A stretch of DNA of 64,000 nt from an uncultured Bacillales bacterium (GCA_946612115.1 CAMOEI010000001.1:130936-194935); one strand, 5' to 3'; shown: positions 8,511 through 17,987, numbered from the stretch's first letter. Notes: generated from the letters alone by a model not told the origin. Translations and numbers: made by a program.

Positions 8511-9233
8511 ATGAAAGTAGTTGTCGGCACAAATGAAGAGATCAGCAAGCAAATTGCTGAAGAATTTATCAAACAAGTTCAAAAGAAACCAAATTCAGTT
8601 TTAGGTTTAGCCACAGGAACATCCCCATTACAAGTCTACGCAAATCTGGTCGAGGCTAATAAAAGTGGAAGAGTTTCCTTTAAAGATGTTGTGACATTTA
8701 ATCTAGATGAATATATCGGATTAGAAGGAACACACAATCAATCTTATCGATATTTCATGAATGAAAATTTATTCAATCACATCGATATCGATAAATCTAA
8801 GACCCATGTTTTAAAAGGTGTTGGTGATTATTTGGATTACGCTAATAAATACGATGATTTAATCGCTTCCTTTGGCGGAATTGATTTACAAATCCTTGGT
8901 ATTGGTAGTGATGGACATATCGCTTTTAATGAACCAGGCACCTCATTTGATAGTCTTACTCACGTTGCCGATTTAGCGGAATCAACTATTGTTGATAACT
9001 CTAGATTATTCAATGATATCTCAGAAGTTCCTACTAAAGCAGTGACCATGGGATTAAAAAGCATTATGAATGCGAAAAAGATTGTCTTGATCGCTACTGG
9101 TAAAAACAAAGCTAAAGCCATTAAAGAATTATTAACTGGCGATAAGAGCGAAGAAAATCCTGCTAGTGTTCTTATCGATCATCCAGATGTCACCATCTAC
9201 GTCGATAAAGATGCTTATAGTTTAGTTAAATAA
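8511..9233 (+). CDS. nagB: glucosamine-6-phosphate deaminase
   Basis: MKVVVGTNEEISKQIAEEF...LGLATGTSPL...ILGIGSDGHIAFNEPGTSF is the canonical NagB/6-phosphogluconolactonase fold. RBS GGAGG upstream. Confidence 0.85.
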   Translation: MKVVVGTNEEISKQIAEEFIKQVQKKPNSVLGLATGTSPLQVYANLVEANKSGRVSFKDVVTFNLDEYIGLEGTHNQSYRYFMNENLFNHIDIDKSKTHVLKGVGDYLDYANKYDDLIASFGGIDLQILGIGSDGHIAFNEPGTSFDSLTHVADLAESTIVDNSRLFNDISEVPTKAVTMGLKSIMNAKKIVLIATGKNKAKAIKELLTGDKSEENPASVLIDHPDVTIYVDKDAYSLVK

Positions 9234-9252
9234 ACTAATTTATAAAAAATAA

Positions 9253-9279
9253 GGTGGAAATTATTTCCGCCTTTTTTTA
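9253..9279 (+). terminator. rho-independent terminator
   Basis: ggtggaaa-ttat-ttccgcc hairpin followed by ttttttt. Confidence 0.55.
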
Positions 9280-9289
9280 TTATTAACAT

Positions 9290-10069
9290 ATGGGTGTGCA
9301 CAGTATCAGAGGAGTTAATTACTTCGACGATTTAGGTGATATAGAAACAATTGATAATAGAAAGATTAAACCAAATCTATTATTTCGTAGTGGTCATTTA
9401 TCTAACTTAAAAGAGAAAGCACAAAAGAAATTCGCTGAAAAAGTTGATGTCATTATCGATTTAAGAACTCAAGAAGAAATCGAAGATCGCCCAGATAAAT
9501 ATTTATCAAAAGTGGAATATCATCATTTCCCACTTGTGGAAAATGAAGATAATCCTGCAGTCACTAAAGAAAACAGGATGAAAATCTTAGAATATATCAT
9601 GGAAAACGAAGGTGGCTCTAAAGCCCATATCGTCACTTTATATAAAAAGATTGTTGGAAAACCTTGTGCGATCGAAGGGATTAGAAAAGTCTTTAGATTT
9701 CTCATCGATAATAAGGGAGAAAAATCTATTGATATTCACTGCACTCAAGGAAAAGATCGTACCGGAGTGACTTACGCTTTGATTTTAACTGCGTTAGGAG
9801 TTAGTAAAGAAAACGTTATTAAAATGTATCGAGCATTTAACAGATATACTTGGTTTTTTAAGTTTTATGTCTTTTTAGGAATGGTTTTAGTGGTCTCTCC
9901 TAGAAAAGCTAGAGCCTTAGATCTCACTTTAAGTGCGAAAAAACTCTATATTCAATCTCTATTCGATGAATTAGATAAGGAATATAATGGAGTTGATAAT
10001 TATTTGAAATCAGTTATTGGGTTATCTGATGAAGATTTAAAAACCCTCAAAGAATGTTATACTTATTAA
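9290..10069 (+). CDS. protein-tyrosine phosphatase, Y_phosphatase3 (PF13350) family
   Basis: CX5R P-loop in the family-typical context IHCTQGKDRTGV. Confidence 0.7.
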   Translation: MGVHSIRGVNYFDDLGDIETIDNRKIKPNLLFRSGHLSNLKEKAQKKFAEKVDVIIDLRTQEEIEDRPDKYLSKVEYHHFPLVENEDNPAVTKENRMKILEYIMENEGGSKAHIVTLYKKIVGKPCAIEGIRKVFRFLIDNKGEKSIDIHCTQGKDRTGVTYALILTALGVSKENVIKMYRAFNRYTWFFKFYVFLGMVLVVSPRKARALDLTLSAKKLYIQSLFDELDKEYNGVDNYLKSVIGLSDEDLKTLKECYTY

Positions 10070-10094
10070 AGTATATATAGATAAGGAGTTATTT

Positions 10095-11054
10095 ATGAAA
10101 CACTTAATCATTTTAAATGAGAAAGCTGGTGCGATTAAAAACTTTGAAGAATTCAAAGCGGAAGTCGAATCATCTTTCAAAGGACTTGACTATGAGATTT
10201 ATAAGACCGAAGGTCCTAGACTCGTCATTCCATTTTTAAGAAAATATCTTACTGACCACAAAAAAGACACAGTGAGAATTTACGCTTGCGGAGGAGACGG
10301 CACAATTCATGAAGTAGTTAACGCAATCTATGGCTATGAAAACGCTGAACTCGCCATTATCGCCGTTGGAACTGGTAATGACTTTGTCAAAATCTATTCC
10401 AAAGAAAAAGATTGGGATCACATCGTTAAAGAAAGAACTGGTGAAGCTAGATTTAAAAGCTTTAAATCCTTAATTAACGGTAAAGTTGAAAAGGTTGACT
10501 TAAGTAGAATCAGCGGACCTTCTTTAGAAGAGCCATGGTATTCCAATAACGTTATTAACTTTGGTTTTGATGCGATTGTTGGAGCTAAAGGTAACGAAAA
10601 TAAATTAAAAGGAAAGAAAAATCCATATGGTCCTGCCGCGATTATTCCTGCGATTTTAGGTGGTAGATTTAATAAGACCATCGTTAAAGCGGACGGAGAG
10701 CAACTCAACAAGAAGAGAATGCTTCTTGCTTCTTTAAGCCAAGGACAATGGGTTGGTGGACAATATCACGCTTCTCCAAAAAGTGATAACACTGATGGAT
10801 TAATCGATGTTGTCATCCTTAAATGTATGTCTTTAGCGAGATTAATGATTCAATATTTCGGTAGATACACCAAAGGTGAACACCTCGATAATGAAAAATT
10901 AATGAAGAGAATTATCTATAAGAGAGCTAAAGAAGTGGAGATTATCGCTCCAAAAGATATCGACATCTGTGTTGATGGAGAAATCATCAAAGGCAAGGAA
11001 TTCAAAGTTGAAGTTGTTCCTGGAGCCTTAAAACTTGTTATTCCTAACGATTAA
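10095..11054 (+). CDS. diacylglycerol/lipid kinase family protein (DagK/YegS-type catalytic domain)
   Basis: DAGK_cat motifs ACGGDGTIHEVVN and AIIAVGTGNDF. RBS AAGGAG. Confidence 0.75.
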   Translation: MKHLIILNEKAGAIKNFEEFKAEVESSFKGLDYEIYKTEGPRLVIPFLRKYLTDHKKDTVRIYACGGDGTIHEVVNAIYGYENAELAIIAVGTGNDFVKIYSKEKDWDHIVKERTGEARFKSFKSLINGKVEKVDLSRISGPSLEEPWYSNNVINFGFDAIVGAKGNENKLKGKKNPYGPAAIIPAILGGRFNKTIVKADGEQLNKKRMLLASLSQGQWVGGQYHASPKSDNTDGLIDVVILKCMSLARLMIQYFGRYTKGEHLDNEKLMKRIIYKRAKEVEIIAPKDIDICVDGEIIKGKEFKVEVVPGALKLVIPND

Positions 11055-11059
11055 TTAAT

Positions 11060-11872
11060 ATGATTGTTGAACTTTGCGTCATTCTTATCGACTTACTTTT
11101 TACAACTTTAATTACCTTATTTTGTATTCCAGTAGGTCGTGGATATCACTATTTCGCCCCATTTTTACTTTTGATTGCCGGCTATATCGTCGGAATGATT
11201 ATTATGTGGTGCGTTTTAAGCGCCTTCACTTTAGTGGTCTCTAAAAAGAAGAAATACGTAAAGCCGATGAAATGGGCAAATTTCTGGCTTACTGAAGCGA
11301 TTAGTTATATCGACATCCATTCAGGAGCAAGGATGAAGATCACTTATAAAGAACCTCTTCCTAATGAGAGATATTTATTAGTCTGTAATCATTTATCTAA
11401 ATTCGATCCGATGCTATTAACAAAAGTTTATGGCCATAAAGGTTTATCCTTTATCTCTAAACCAACAAACTTCAAAATCCCAATCGGAGGAAGATTTATG
11501 AGAGGGGCTTGCTATTTATCAATCGATAGATTTGATAAGCTCCAATCATTAACGGTTATGAATGATGCAGCGGAGTTAATTAAAAATAATTACACCTCCG
11601 TTGGAGTCTTCCCAGAAGGAACTAGATCTTTAGATGGTTCTTTAGGTCAATTCCATGAAGGAGTCTTCCAAATCGCTAAAAAAGCGAATTGTCCAATCGT
11701 CATTGTGACAATAAGTGGAACGGAAAACATTCATAAGAATTTCCCATTTAAACCAACAAAAGTAAACTTAGTTATTCATAAAGTTTTATATCCAAATGAA
11801 CATAATGTCATGATTGCTAAACAGATTAGTGATTACGCAAGAAACATTATGTTTGAGGAATTAAAGAAATAG
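11060..11872 (+). CDS. plsC: 1-acyl-sn-glycerol-3-phosphate acyltransferase (LPLAT), membrane-anchored
   Basis: N-terminal TM helices, then the HX4D motif (CNHLSKFD), FPEGTRS and a proline motif. Confidence 0.75.
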   Translation: MIVELCVILIDLLFTTLITLFCIPVGRGYHYFAPFLLLIAGYIVGMIIMWCVLSAFTLVVSKKKKYVKPMKWANFWLTEAISYIDIHSGARMKITYKEPLPNERYLLVCNHLSKFDPMLLTKVYGHKGLSFISKPTNFKIPIGGRFMRGACYLSIDRFDKLQSLTVMNDAAELIKNNYTSVGVFPEGTRSLDGSLGQFHEGVFQIAKKANCPIVIVTISGTENIHKNFPFKPTKVNLVIHKVLYPNEHNVMIAKQISDYARNIMFEELKK

Positions 11873-11895
11873 ACCCTCAAGGGTCTTTTCTTTTA
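11871..11895. terminator. bidirectional terminator between convergent plsC and hydrolase genes
   Basis: Perfect palindrome agaccctc-a-agggtct flanked by A/T runs on both sides. Confidence 0.6.
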
Positions 11896-12825
11896 CTTAT
11901 CTTCTAAAAATTCATCAAGAATTCTTTTATATCTTTTCGTGTCGGTAACAAAGCTCACTCCGTGATCTGTATTAGGGAAGAGTTCGTATCTTACTTTATC
12001 TTCATTTTCGTAATAGATTCTTTCACTAAATTGATGAGGGACAATAGTGTCTTTATCCCCGTGAATAATCATCACTTTACATTTGGAGTTTTTCACACTT
12101 TTAGAAGCATCTAGTTGATTTAAAGATGTATGTCCAAAGATGATTAATGACAAATTAGCGATTGGAAACATAATTCTTGGATTGAGTTTTAAAGTTGTTT
12201 GAATTGTTTCATTAATTATTTCTTTAGGAGTGGAATAAGGACAATCAGCGATGATTTTCGCTGGTTTAGGTAAATGCTCTGCAGCGAATAAAACAGAAGC
12301 TGCTCCCATAGAAATACCCATTAAGATTAATTCGATGTCTTGGCCAAATTCTTCATAGGCGTAATTTACCCAACTAAGAACATCTTTATGTTCTCTAACA
12401 CCAAAGGTGATAGAGTGGCCCTTACTTTCTCCATGTCCTCGCTCATCAATTAAGATAACGTTATACCCTTTATCGATGATATATTTACCCGCTCCAGAGA
12501 AATCTCTAATTCCAGTTCCGCGATACCCGTGACACATAATCACGACTTTTTTAGATTTTTTATTTTTATAAACTCTCGCGTGAAGTCTTTTATGATCAAA
12601 TGATTTGATATAAGCATCGACATAAGGAACATCTAATATCGCTTGGATGAGTTTAATGATGTCGTAATTAATACCTAATATTTCAGTGGCAGGAGTTAAA
12701 GCGAAGTCATCATTTTGATTTTTATGAGGTGTATAAAAAGAACCGTGATAAATCACGAATAGTCCAAGTAAAAATAGAAGTAATAGACCTCCAATTATTC
12801 CTAAGACGATATATAAATAAATCAT
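11893..12825 (-). CDS. alpha/beta-hydrolase (S9/esterase-lipase type) with N-terminal membrane anchor
   Basis: GXSXG nucleophile elbow (GISMGAA), HGYRG, and downstream Asp/His catalytic positions. N-terminal TM. Confidence 0.65.
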   Translation of the reverse strand: MIYLYIVLGIIGGLLLLFLLGLFVIYHGSFYTPHKNQNDDFALTPATEILGINYDIIKLIQAILDVPYVDAYIKSFDHKRLHARVYKNKKSKKVVIMCHGYRGTGIRDFSGAGKYIIDKGYNVILIDERGHGESKGHSITFGVREHKDVLSWVNYAYEEFGQDIELILMGISMGAASVLFAAEHLPKPAKIIADCPYSTPKEIINETIQTTLKLNPRIMFPIANLSLIIFGHTSLNQLDASKSVKNSKCKVMIIHGDKDTIVPHQFSERIYYENEDKVRYELFPNTDHGVSFVTDTKRYKRILDEFLEDK

Positions 12826-12870
12826 ATATTAATTATTAATTTTACTAAGAAGATGTCAAAGAATTTTCAA

Positions 12871-13506
12871 TTATTCTTCTAGTAAAATTCTCCCTAATCT
12901 AATATGCGTCGCTCCTGTTTTAATCGCTGAGAGATAATCATCGCTCATACCCATCGATAAATAAGGTAAAGAGATATTAAATTTCTTTTCTAATTCATCT
13001 CTTAAATCTTTTAGTTTTTGAAATTGCTCTTCGGTGTTTAGACTATCTTTAACCGCCATCATCATTAGTCCGACGAGTTTGATATTTGGGTATTTTAGGA
13101 CCTCTTGAACAAATTCTTCTACGTTGTAGAAAGGAACTCCGTTTTTACTTTCTTCTAGATTAATTGATACCTCGATAAAAGTATTTAATGGGGTGGTTCT
13201 ATGTTCATTAATTAACTTAGCGAGTTCTAGGCTATCAAGGGAGTGAAGATAATCAATTTTATTGATAACTTGCTTTGCTTTATTTCTTTGTAAATGGCCA
13301 ATAAAATGCCATGTAATATCTTGATAGTTAGATAAGTTATCGTATTTCAAAAGAAAAGAATCGACCCTGTTTTCTCCAAAGTCTTTAATCCCTGCTTCAT
13401 ATAAATCTAGCATCTGATCGCTAGCTAGATATTTAGTTGCCGCGACAATCGTCACATTTTCAGGAATTGATTTAATAAAATCAGAGATGTCTTTTCTAAC
13501 TTTCAT
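12871..13506 (-). CDS. yggS: YggS-family pyridoxal-phosphate homeostasis protein (alanine racemase N-terminal-like)
   Basis: 211 aa, starting MKVRKDISDFIKSIPENVTIVAATKY and ending ...HIRLGRILLEE, which is the YggS/PLPHP signature. Confidence 0.7.
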   Translation of the reverse strand: MKVRKDISDFIKSIPENVTIVAATKYLASDQMLDLYEAGIKDFGENRVDSFLLKYDNLSNYQDITWHFIGHLQRNKAKQVINKIDYLHSLDSLELAKLINEHRTTPLNTFIEVSINLEESKNGVPFYNVEEFVQEVLKYPNIKLVGLMMMAVKDSLNTEEQFQKLKDLRDELEKKFNISLPYLSMGMSDDYLSAIKTGATHIRLGRILLEE

Positions 13507-13582
13507 ATCAAAATTGTAATCAGTAATGTTTATAGATGCAAATTATGTTGTCTAAAAAACTTCTTTATCTAATAATAAAAGC

Positions 13583-15421
13583 ATGGAAACATTCTCTAAA
13601 GACGAGACAACTTTTAAAGATGAGGCTTTATTAGAACCATTAGATTTTTATAAGTCTCAACTAAAAGACGCTTTTCACGATAACGCGGAAGAATATTTTG
13701 ATAAACTCACAAAAAAATCAAAGATTGATGTCGAAGCTAATCGACTTGCTTGTAAAAAATATTACGAAGAATGTAAGTCAGTTGATTCTTTGAAAAAAGA
13801 TAAAAGTGGAAAAGTTGGTTTAAAGGCTCTATTTATCGTCTTTCTCGTCTTTTTAGCGATAGCGATAACTATTATCATTACCTTGACATTTACTAATCCA
13901 GGATTACTCCATTTAGCGGTTTCTATCGCAGTTCCTATAGGAGCGGCGGGATTAATCGCTTTATGTATTGTTGGTATTGTTAAACAAAACAAATTAATTT
14001 CAGGATTAAATGAAGAAATCGATAAACATAACGGAATTGCTAGCAAATGCAAAGATGAGGCAAGCCAATTAATCGCAGGATTAAATAGACTCTTTGAGTC
14101 TAATATGGCGGTTCATCTCATGTCTAAAACCACTCCAGTCGTGGATTTAGATCAAGATTTTGATCCGGAGAAATATTCCTATTTACACGAAAAATATGGT
14201 TATGAAACATCTAATAGAAAAGATGAATCCATTCTTTTTGTTCAATCAGGTCATATCTTAGGCAACCCTTTCATCATCGAAAGAGTCTATAACCAAAACA
14301 TGGTTAATCATGTCTACACTGGCACTTTAACTATTTCATGGACTGAAAGAGTGAGCAACGGAAAAGGTGGCTATACAACTGTAGTGAGAACACAGACATT
14401 AACCGCTCATGTGACCGCACCTTTACCAAATTATTGGACGAGCACGAGATTAATTTTTGGTAGTGAAGCCGCTCCTAGATTATCTTTTTCTAGACATCCT
14501 ACTGGGCACGGAAATGACGATGATAAAGCCTTAGAAAGATACGTTAAGAAATTCGATAAGGAATTAGATAAAAAAGTCGCGAAAGATTTAAAAGATGGAA
14601 ATGCCTCTTTTACGAGATTATATAACGAAACATTTGAAGCTTTATTTAACGCTCTAGATAGAGATAATGAAACTGAGTTTAGACTTCTTTTCACCCCTCT
14701 TGCTCAAAAGAATATGATTAATCTAATTAGAGATGTTGATAATATCGGTTATGGTGATGACTTCTCTTTTATAAAGAGAAAAGAGCTTAATTATATCAAC
14801 GCAAGTCATTTAAACGCTTCAAAAACGCTTGATTATGGACCTGAAAATATCCGCCATTTTGACTATGATATCGTTCGCTCTAATTTTATTAATTACTGCG
14901 ATACATATTGCAAGGAAATCTATTTCGCTTTAGCCCCGTTAATTTGCATTCCGTTATATCAACAACATAAAACTAGAGAATATATTTATAACGGACAATT
15001 TGGTCATAATATTACTCAAGCCGAAGCTGAAAGCGCGGCTAATAAACATAGTTGGAATTTATTTAAACATCCGGCAACTAGAAGTTTAGGTGTTATCTTA
15101 AAGAGTCGATTTGAAAAGGTAAACGAAACAGTGGATGAATGTATCATTACCGCTCATTCATTTTCAGGCACTGATCGAGTGACTTATGTTTCGGTTTATG
15201 GAGGAGATGGACATTATCATCAAGTTCCTGTTCACTGGGTGGAATATAATCCAATCAGTCAAGATACTTGCTTTGCTATAGGTAGAGCAAAAGAAGATAA
15301 TTATGTCGACTTCTCCGATAAATATACCGCTGGAGATTATAATAAATTATTATCTCGCTACAATATTCAAGATACTGTATTATATAGAAAAGGGTTATAT
15401 TCTTTCGTTAAGAAAGATTAA
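13583..15421 (+). CDS. large membrane protein of unknown function (soluble N-term, 2 TM at about aa 80-135, 470-aa C-terminal domain); LemA-associated
   Basis: 612-aa ORF with strong hydrophobic hairpin ALFIVFLVFLAIAITIIITL...AVSIAVPIGAAGLIALCIVGIV. No domain recognised by eye. Directly upstream of lemA with a 32-nt gap. Confidence 0.5.
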   Translation: METFSKDETTFKDEALLEPLDFYKSQLKDAFHDNAEEYFDKLTKKSKIDVEANRLACKKYYEECKSVDSLKKDKSGKVGLKALFIVFLVFLAIAITIIITLTFTNPGLLHLAVSIAVPIGAAGLIALCIVGIVKQNKLISGLNEEIDKHNGIASKCKDEASQLIAGLNRLFESNMAVHLMSKTTPVVDLDQDFDPEKYSYLHEKYGYETSNRKDESILFVQSGHILGNPFIIERVYNQNMVNHVYTGTLTISWTERVSNGKGGYTTVVRTQTLTAHVTAPLPNYWTSTRLIFGSEAAPRLSFSRHPTGHGNDDDKALERYVKKFDKELDKKVAKDLKDGNASFTRLYNETFEALFNALDRDNETEFRLLFTPLAQKNMINLIRDVDNIGYGDDFSFIKRKELNYINASHLNASKTLDYGPENIRHFDYDIVRSNFINYCDTYCKEIYFALAPLICIPLYQQHKTREYIYNGQFGHNITQAEAESAANKHSWNLFKHPATRSLGVILKSRFEKVNETVDECIITAHSFSGTDRVTYVSVYGGDGHYHQVPVHWVEYNPISQDTCFAIGRAKEDNYVDFSDKYTAGDYNKLLSRYNIQDTVLYRKGLYSFVKKD

Positions 15422-15453
15422 CAATACATTTACACATTATAGGAGGAAATATA

Positions 15454-16116
15454 ATGGCTAATGAATTAGATGAATTAACTGGTCCTGTTAATAAAGAAGG
15501 ACGAGATGTTAACGTTATCGAAAAACAATTAAAAGTGGAGATGACCACTGGATTAAAGGTCCTCAATGTTGTCTGTATCTTCCCTGGAGTGCTTTTACTT
15601 GGCTTGCCAACAATCATTTGGTTATTTAAAAAAGCGAAGGCAAAAGAACACTTCCTCAAGTTACAACAAAAGATTCAACATGACGCCTCTCAAATCGATA
15701 ACTATTTAGAACAGCGAGTGATGATTTTACAAAACGTTGCTAAATTACTTGATAAGGCAATTGATTTAGATAAATCAACATTCACAGAAATCGCTAAACT
15801 TAGAAGCGGTGGAAATCTTAATGACGCGGCAGCGGGAATCGATTCTGTTAATAAAGCGATTAACGTTCAACTTGAAGCTTATCCTGATTTAAGAAGTCAT
15901 GGAGAAATCGCTGATGCGATGCAACAAAACTCTTATTTGCAAAAAGAGATTACTGCAGCTAGAGAAGTCTATAACGACACAGTTGCTCAGTGGAATAGAG
16001 ATATCGAAACTTGGGGCGCGAAAAAATATGTGGCCGCAAGAGATGGCTATCACACCAGAATTCCATTTACAACTAGTAGCGAAATTAAACAAGCTGCACG
16101 TGGCACATTTTTCTAA
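15454..16116 (+). CDS. lemA: LemA family protein
   Basis: Single N-proximal TM followed by LemA-domain motifs (LEAYPDLRS, AAREVYNDTVAQWNRDIETW). RBS AGGAGG. Confidence 0.8.
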   Translation: MANELDELTGPVNKEGRDVNVIEKQLKVEMTTGLKVLNVVCIFPGVLLLGLPTIIWLFKKAKAKEHFLKLQQKIQHDASQIDNYLEQRVMILQNVAKLLDKAIDLDKSTFTEIAKLRSGGNLNDAAAGIDSVNKAINVQLEAYPDLRSHGEIADAMQQNSYLQKEITAAREVYNDTVAQWNRDIETWGAKKYVAARDGYHTRIPFTTSSEIKQAARGTFF

Positions 16117-16134
16117 TATATAAGGAGAACAAAA

Positions 16135-16686
16135 ATGAAATACAAATGTAAAGTCTGTGGACAAATCGTTGAAGTCGCCGAAGGCGAACCATGTCCAATC
16201 TGTGGAGCAAGTCACGATAAACTCGTTCCAATCGAAGAAGAAAAATCAAACGAAAAATTATCTTGGGCCTGCGAGCACAATATCGGAGTGGCTAAAGGCG
16301 TAGATGAATTCGTCTATCAAGGATGTAAAGATCACTTCAAAGGTGAATGTAGCGAAGTCGGAATGTATCTAGCAATGGCTAGACAAGCTTTAAGAGAAGG
16401 CTATCCTGAAGTCGCATTGCTCTTTGAGCAAATCGCTAAAGAAGAAGCGGAACACGCTGCTAGATTTGCTGAAATGCTCGGTGAAGTCGTCAGTGAATCA
16501 ACCAAAGAAAATATCGAAAAGATGTTAGCGGGTGAAAATGGCGCCTGCCAATCTAAATTAGATATCGCTAAAAAAGCTAAAGAACTCGGTTATGATGCAA
16601 TTCATGATTCGGTTCACGAAATGGCAAGAGACGAAGCTAGACACGGCAAGGCTCTAGAAGCGGTGTTAAAAAGATATTTTAAATAA
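16135..16686 (+). CDS. reverse rubrerythrin (N-terminal rubredoxin-like Cys4 domain + ferritin-like di-iron domain)
   Basis: CKVCGQ...CPICG at the N-terminus. Di-iron ligand helices EEAEHAARF and EARHGKALE. Confidence 0.8.
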   Translation: MKYKCKVCGQIVEVAEGEPCPICGASHDKLVPIEEEKSNEKLSWACEHNIGVAKGVDEFVYQGCKDHFKGECSEVGMYLAMARQALREGYPEVALLFEQIAKEEAEHAARFAEMLGEVVSESTKENIEKMLAGENGACQSKLDIAKKAKELGYDAIHDSVHEMARDEARHGKALEAVLKRYFK

Positions 16687-16705
16687 GTAAATTATATCTA
16701 AGATT

Positions 16706-16736
16706 AGGAGCAAATTTATTGCTCCTTTTTCTTTTA
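16706..16736 (+). terminator. rho-independent terminator after rubrerythrin
   Basis: Perfect 8-bp stem aggagcaa / ttgctcct followed by ttttctttt. Confidence 0.7.
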
Positions 16737-16754
16737 GAAAATATAATAAAGAAT

Positions 16755-17987
16755 ATGGGAACTCCATTAGCGGAATTAATTAGACCTTCATCACTAGATG
16801 AAATGGTGGGACAAGAACACTTATTCAATAAGAATAGTTTATTTAGAAAGATGATTTCTAAAAACATTATTCCGAATATGATTTTTTATGGTCCTCCTGG
16901 AGTGGGCAAGACTACAGTCGCTAATATAATCGCCAAAAACACTGAGATGTTACTTTGTAAACTTAACGGAACCACCGCAAGTTTAGACGATGTTAAAAAA
17001 GTGATTGATGAATCAAAAAGTGTTTTCGCAGGTAAGGGAGTTTTACTTTATTTAGATGAAATCCAATACTTCAATAAAAAGCAGCAGCAATCTTTATTAG
17101 AGTACGTTGAAAAAGGACTAATTACCTTAATTGCTTCAACAACTGAAAACCCATATTTTTATATCTATCCCGCTTTATTATCTAGATGTAATGTTTTTGA
17201 ATTTAAAGCGATTACCACAAAAGATATCAAAAAAGGATTAAAAAGAATTGTTGAATTAGAGAAAATCAAGATTGATGAGGATGCTTTAGACTTATTAAGT
17301 CTATCTTCTAATGGAGATATGAGAAAAGCGGTCAACAATCTAGAATTTGTTCATAACGCTTTAGGAAGTAAACAAATTAGAAAAGTGGACGTTGACCAAA
17401 TAGTGGATAAAGCCCATATCGTCTACGATAAAAGCGAAGATAAACATTATGATCATTTAAGTGCACTAATGAAATCCTTAAGAGGAAGCGATCCAGATGC
17501 AGCGATTTTCTATATGGCCAAGATGCTTGAAGCAGGCGATTTACAAGCGGTTTGTAGAAGAATATTATGCTCAGTAAATGAAGATGTTGGTTTAGCCTAC
17601 CCTTCATTAATTCCAATCGTCAAGTCTTGCGTTGATACCGCCCTTCAACTTGGAATGCCAGAAGCTAAACTTCCTTTAAGTAATGCCGTTATTTTAATTG
17701 CTACTGCACCAAAAAGTAATAGCGCGTATCTAGCCTATGCTAAAGCGGTTGAAGACATTAATATGGGTAAAGGAGTAGGAGTGCCTAGACAACTTCAAAA
17801 CACCCACTTCGACGGGGAAGATGCTTTAGTGAAAGGTCAAAATTATTTATATCCTCATGACTATAAGAATCACTGGGTCAAACAACAATATTTGCCAGAT
17901 GATGTTAAAGATAGACATTATTACCTTTATGGTAATAACAAATTTGAACAAGCTTTAAAAGAATATTGGGAAAAGATTAAGAAATAA
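16755..17987 (+). CDS. rarA: replication-associated recombination protein A (AAA+ ATPase RarA/MgsA)
   Basis: PLAELIRPSSLDEMVGQEHL, Walker A GPPGVGKTT, and C-terminal MgsA helical domains. The ORF-track TTG at 16719 lies inside the terminator stem, so ATG 16755 is preferred. Confidence 0.8.
   Translation: MGTPLAELIRPSSLDEMVGQEHLFNKNSLFRKMISKNIIPNMIFYGPPGVGKTTVANIIAKNTEMLLCKLNGTTASLDDVKKVIDESKSVFAGKGVLLYLDEIQYFNKKQQQSLLEYVEKGLITLIASTTENPYFYIYPALLSRCNVFEFKAITTKDIKKGLKRIVELEKIKIDEDALDLLSLSSNGDMRKAVNNLEFVHNALGSKQIRKVDVDQIVDKAHIVYDKSEDKHYDHLSALMKSLRGSDPDAAIFYMAKMLEAGDLQAVCRRILCSVNEDVGLAYPSLIPIVKSCVDTALQLGMPEAKLPLSNAVILIATAPKSNSAYLAYAKAVEDINMGKGVGVPRQLQNTHFDGEDALVKGQNYLYPHDYKNHWVKQQYLPDDVKDRHYYLYGNNKFEQALKEYWEKIKK

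Noticed and set aside
12843-12886. Inverted repeat tactaagaaga...tcttctagta at the 3' end of yggS.
   Set aside because: The repeat overlaps the last codons of yggS and has a long 21-nt loop. It could be a weak terminator, but it is not convincing enough to annotate.
16719-16754. TTG start with AGGAG 8 nt upstream, given by the ORF track for rarA.
   Set aside because: The AGGAGCAA...TTGCTCCT sequence is the perfect stem of the rubrerythrin terminator. The apparent RBS and TTG are the two arms of that hairpin. The ATG at 16755 is preferred as the start.
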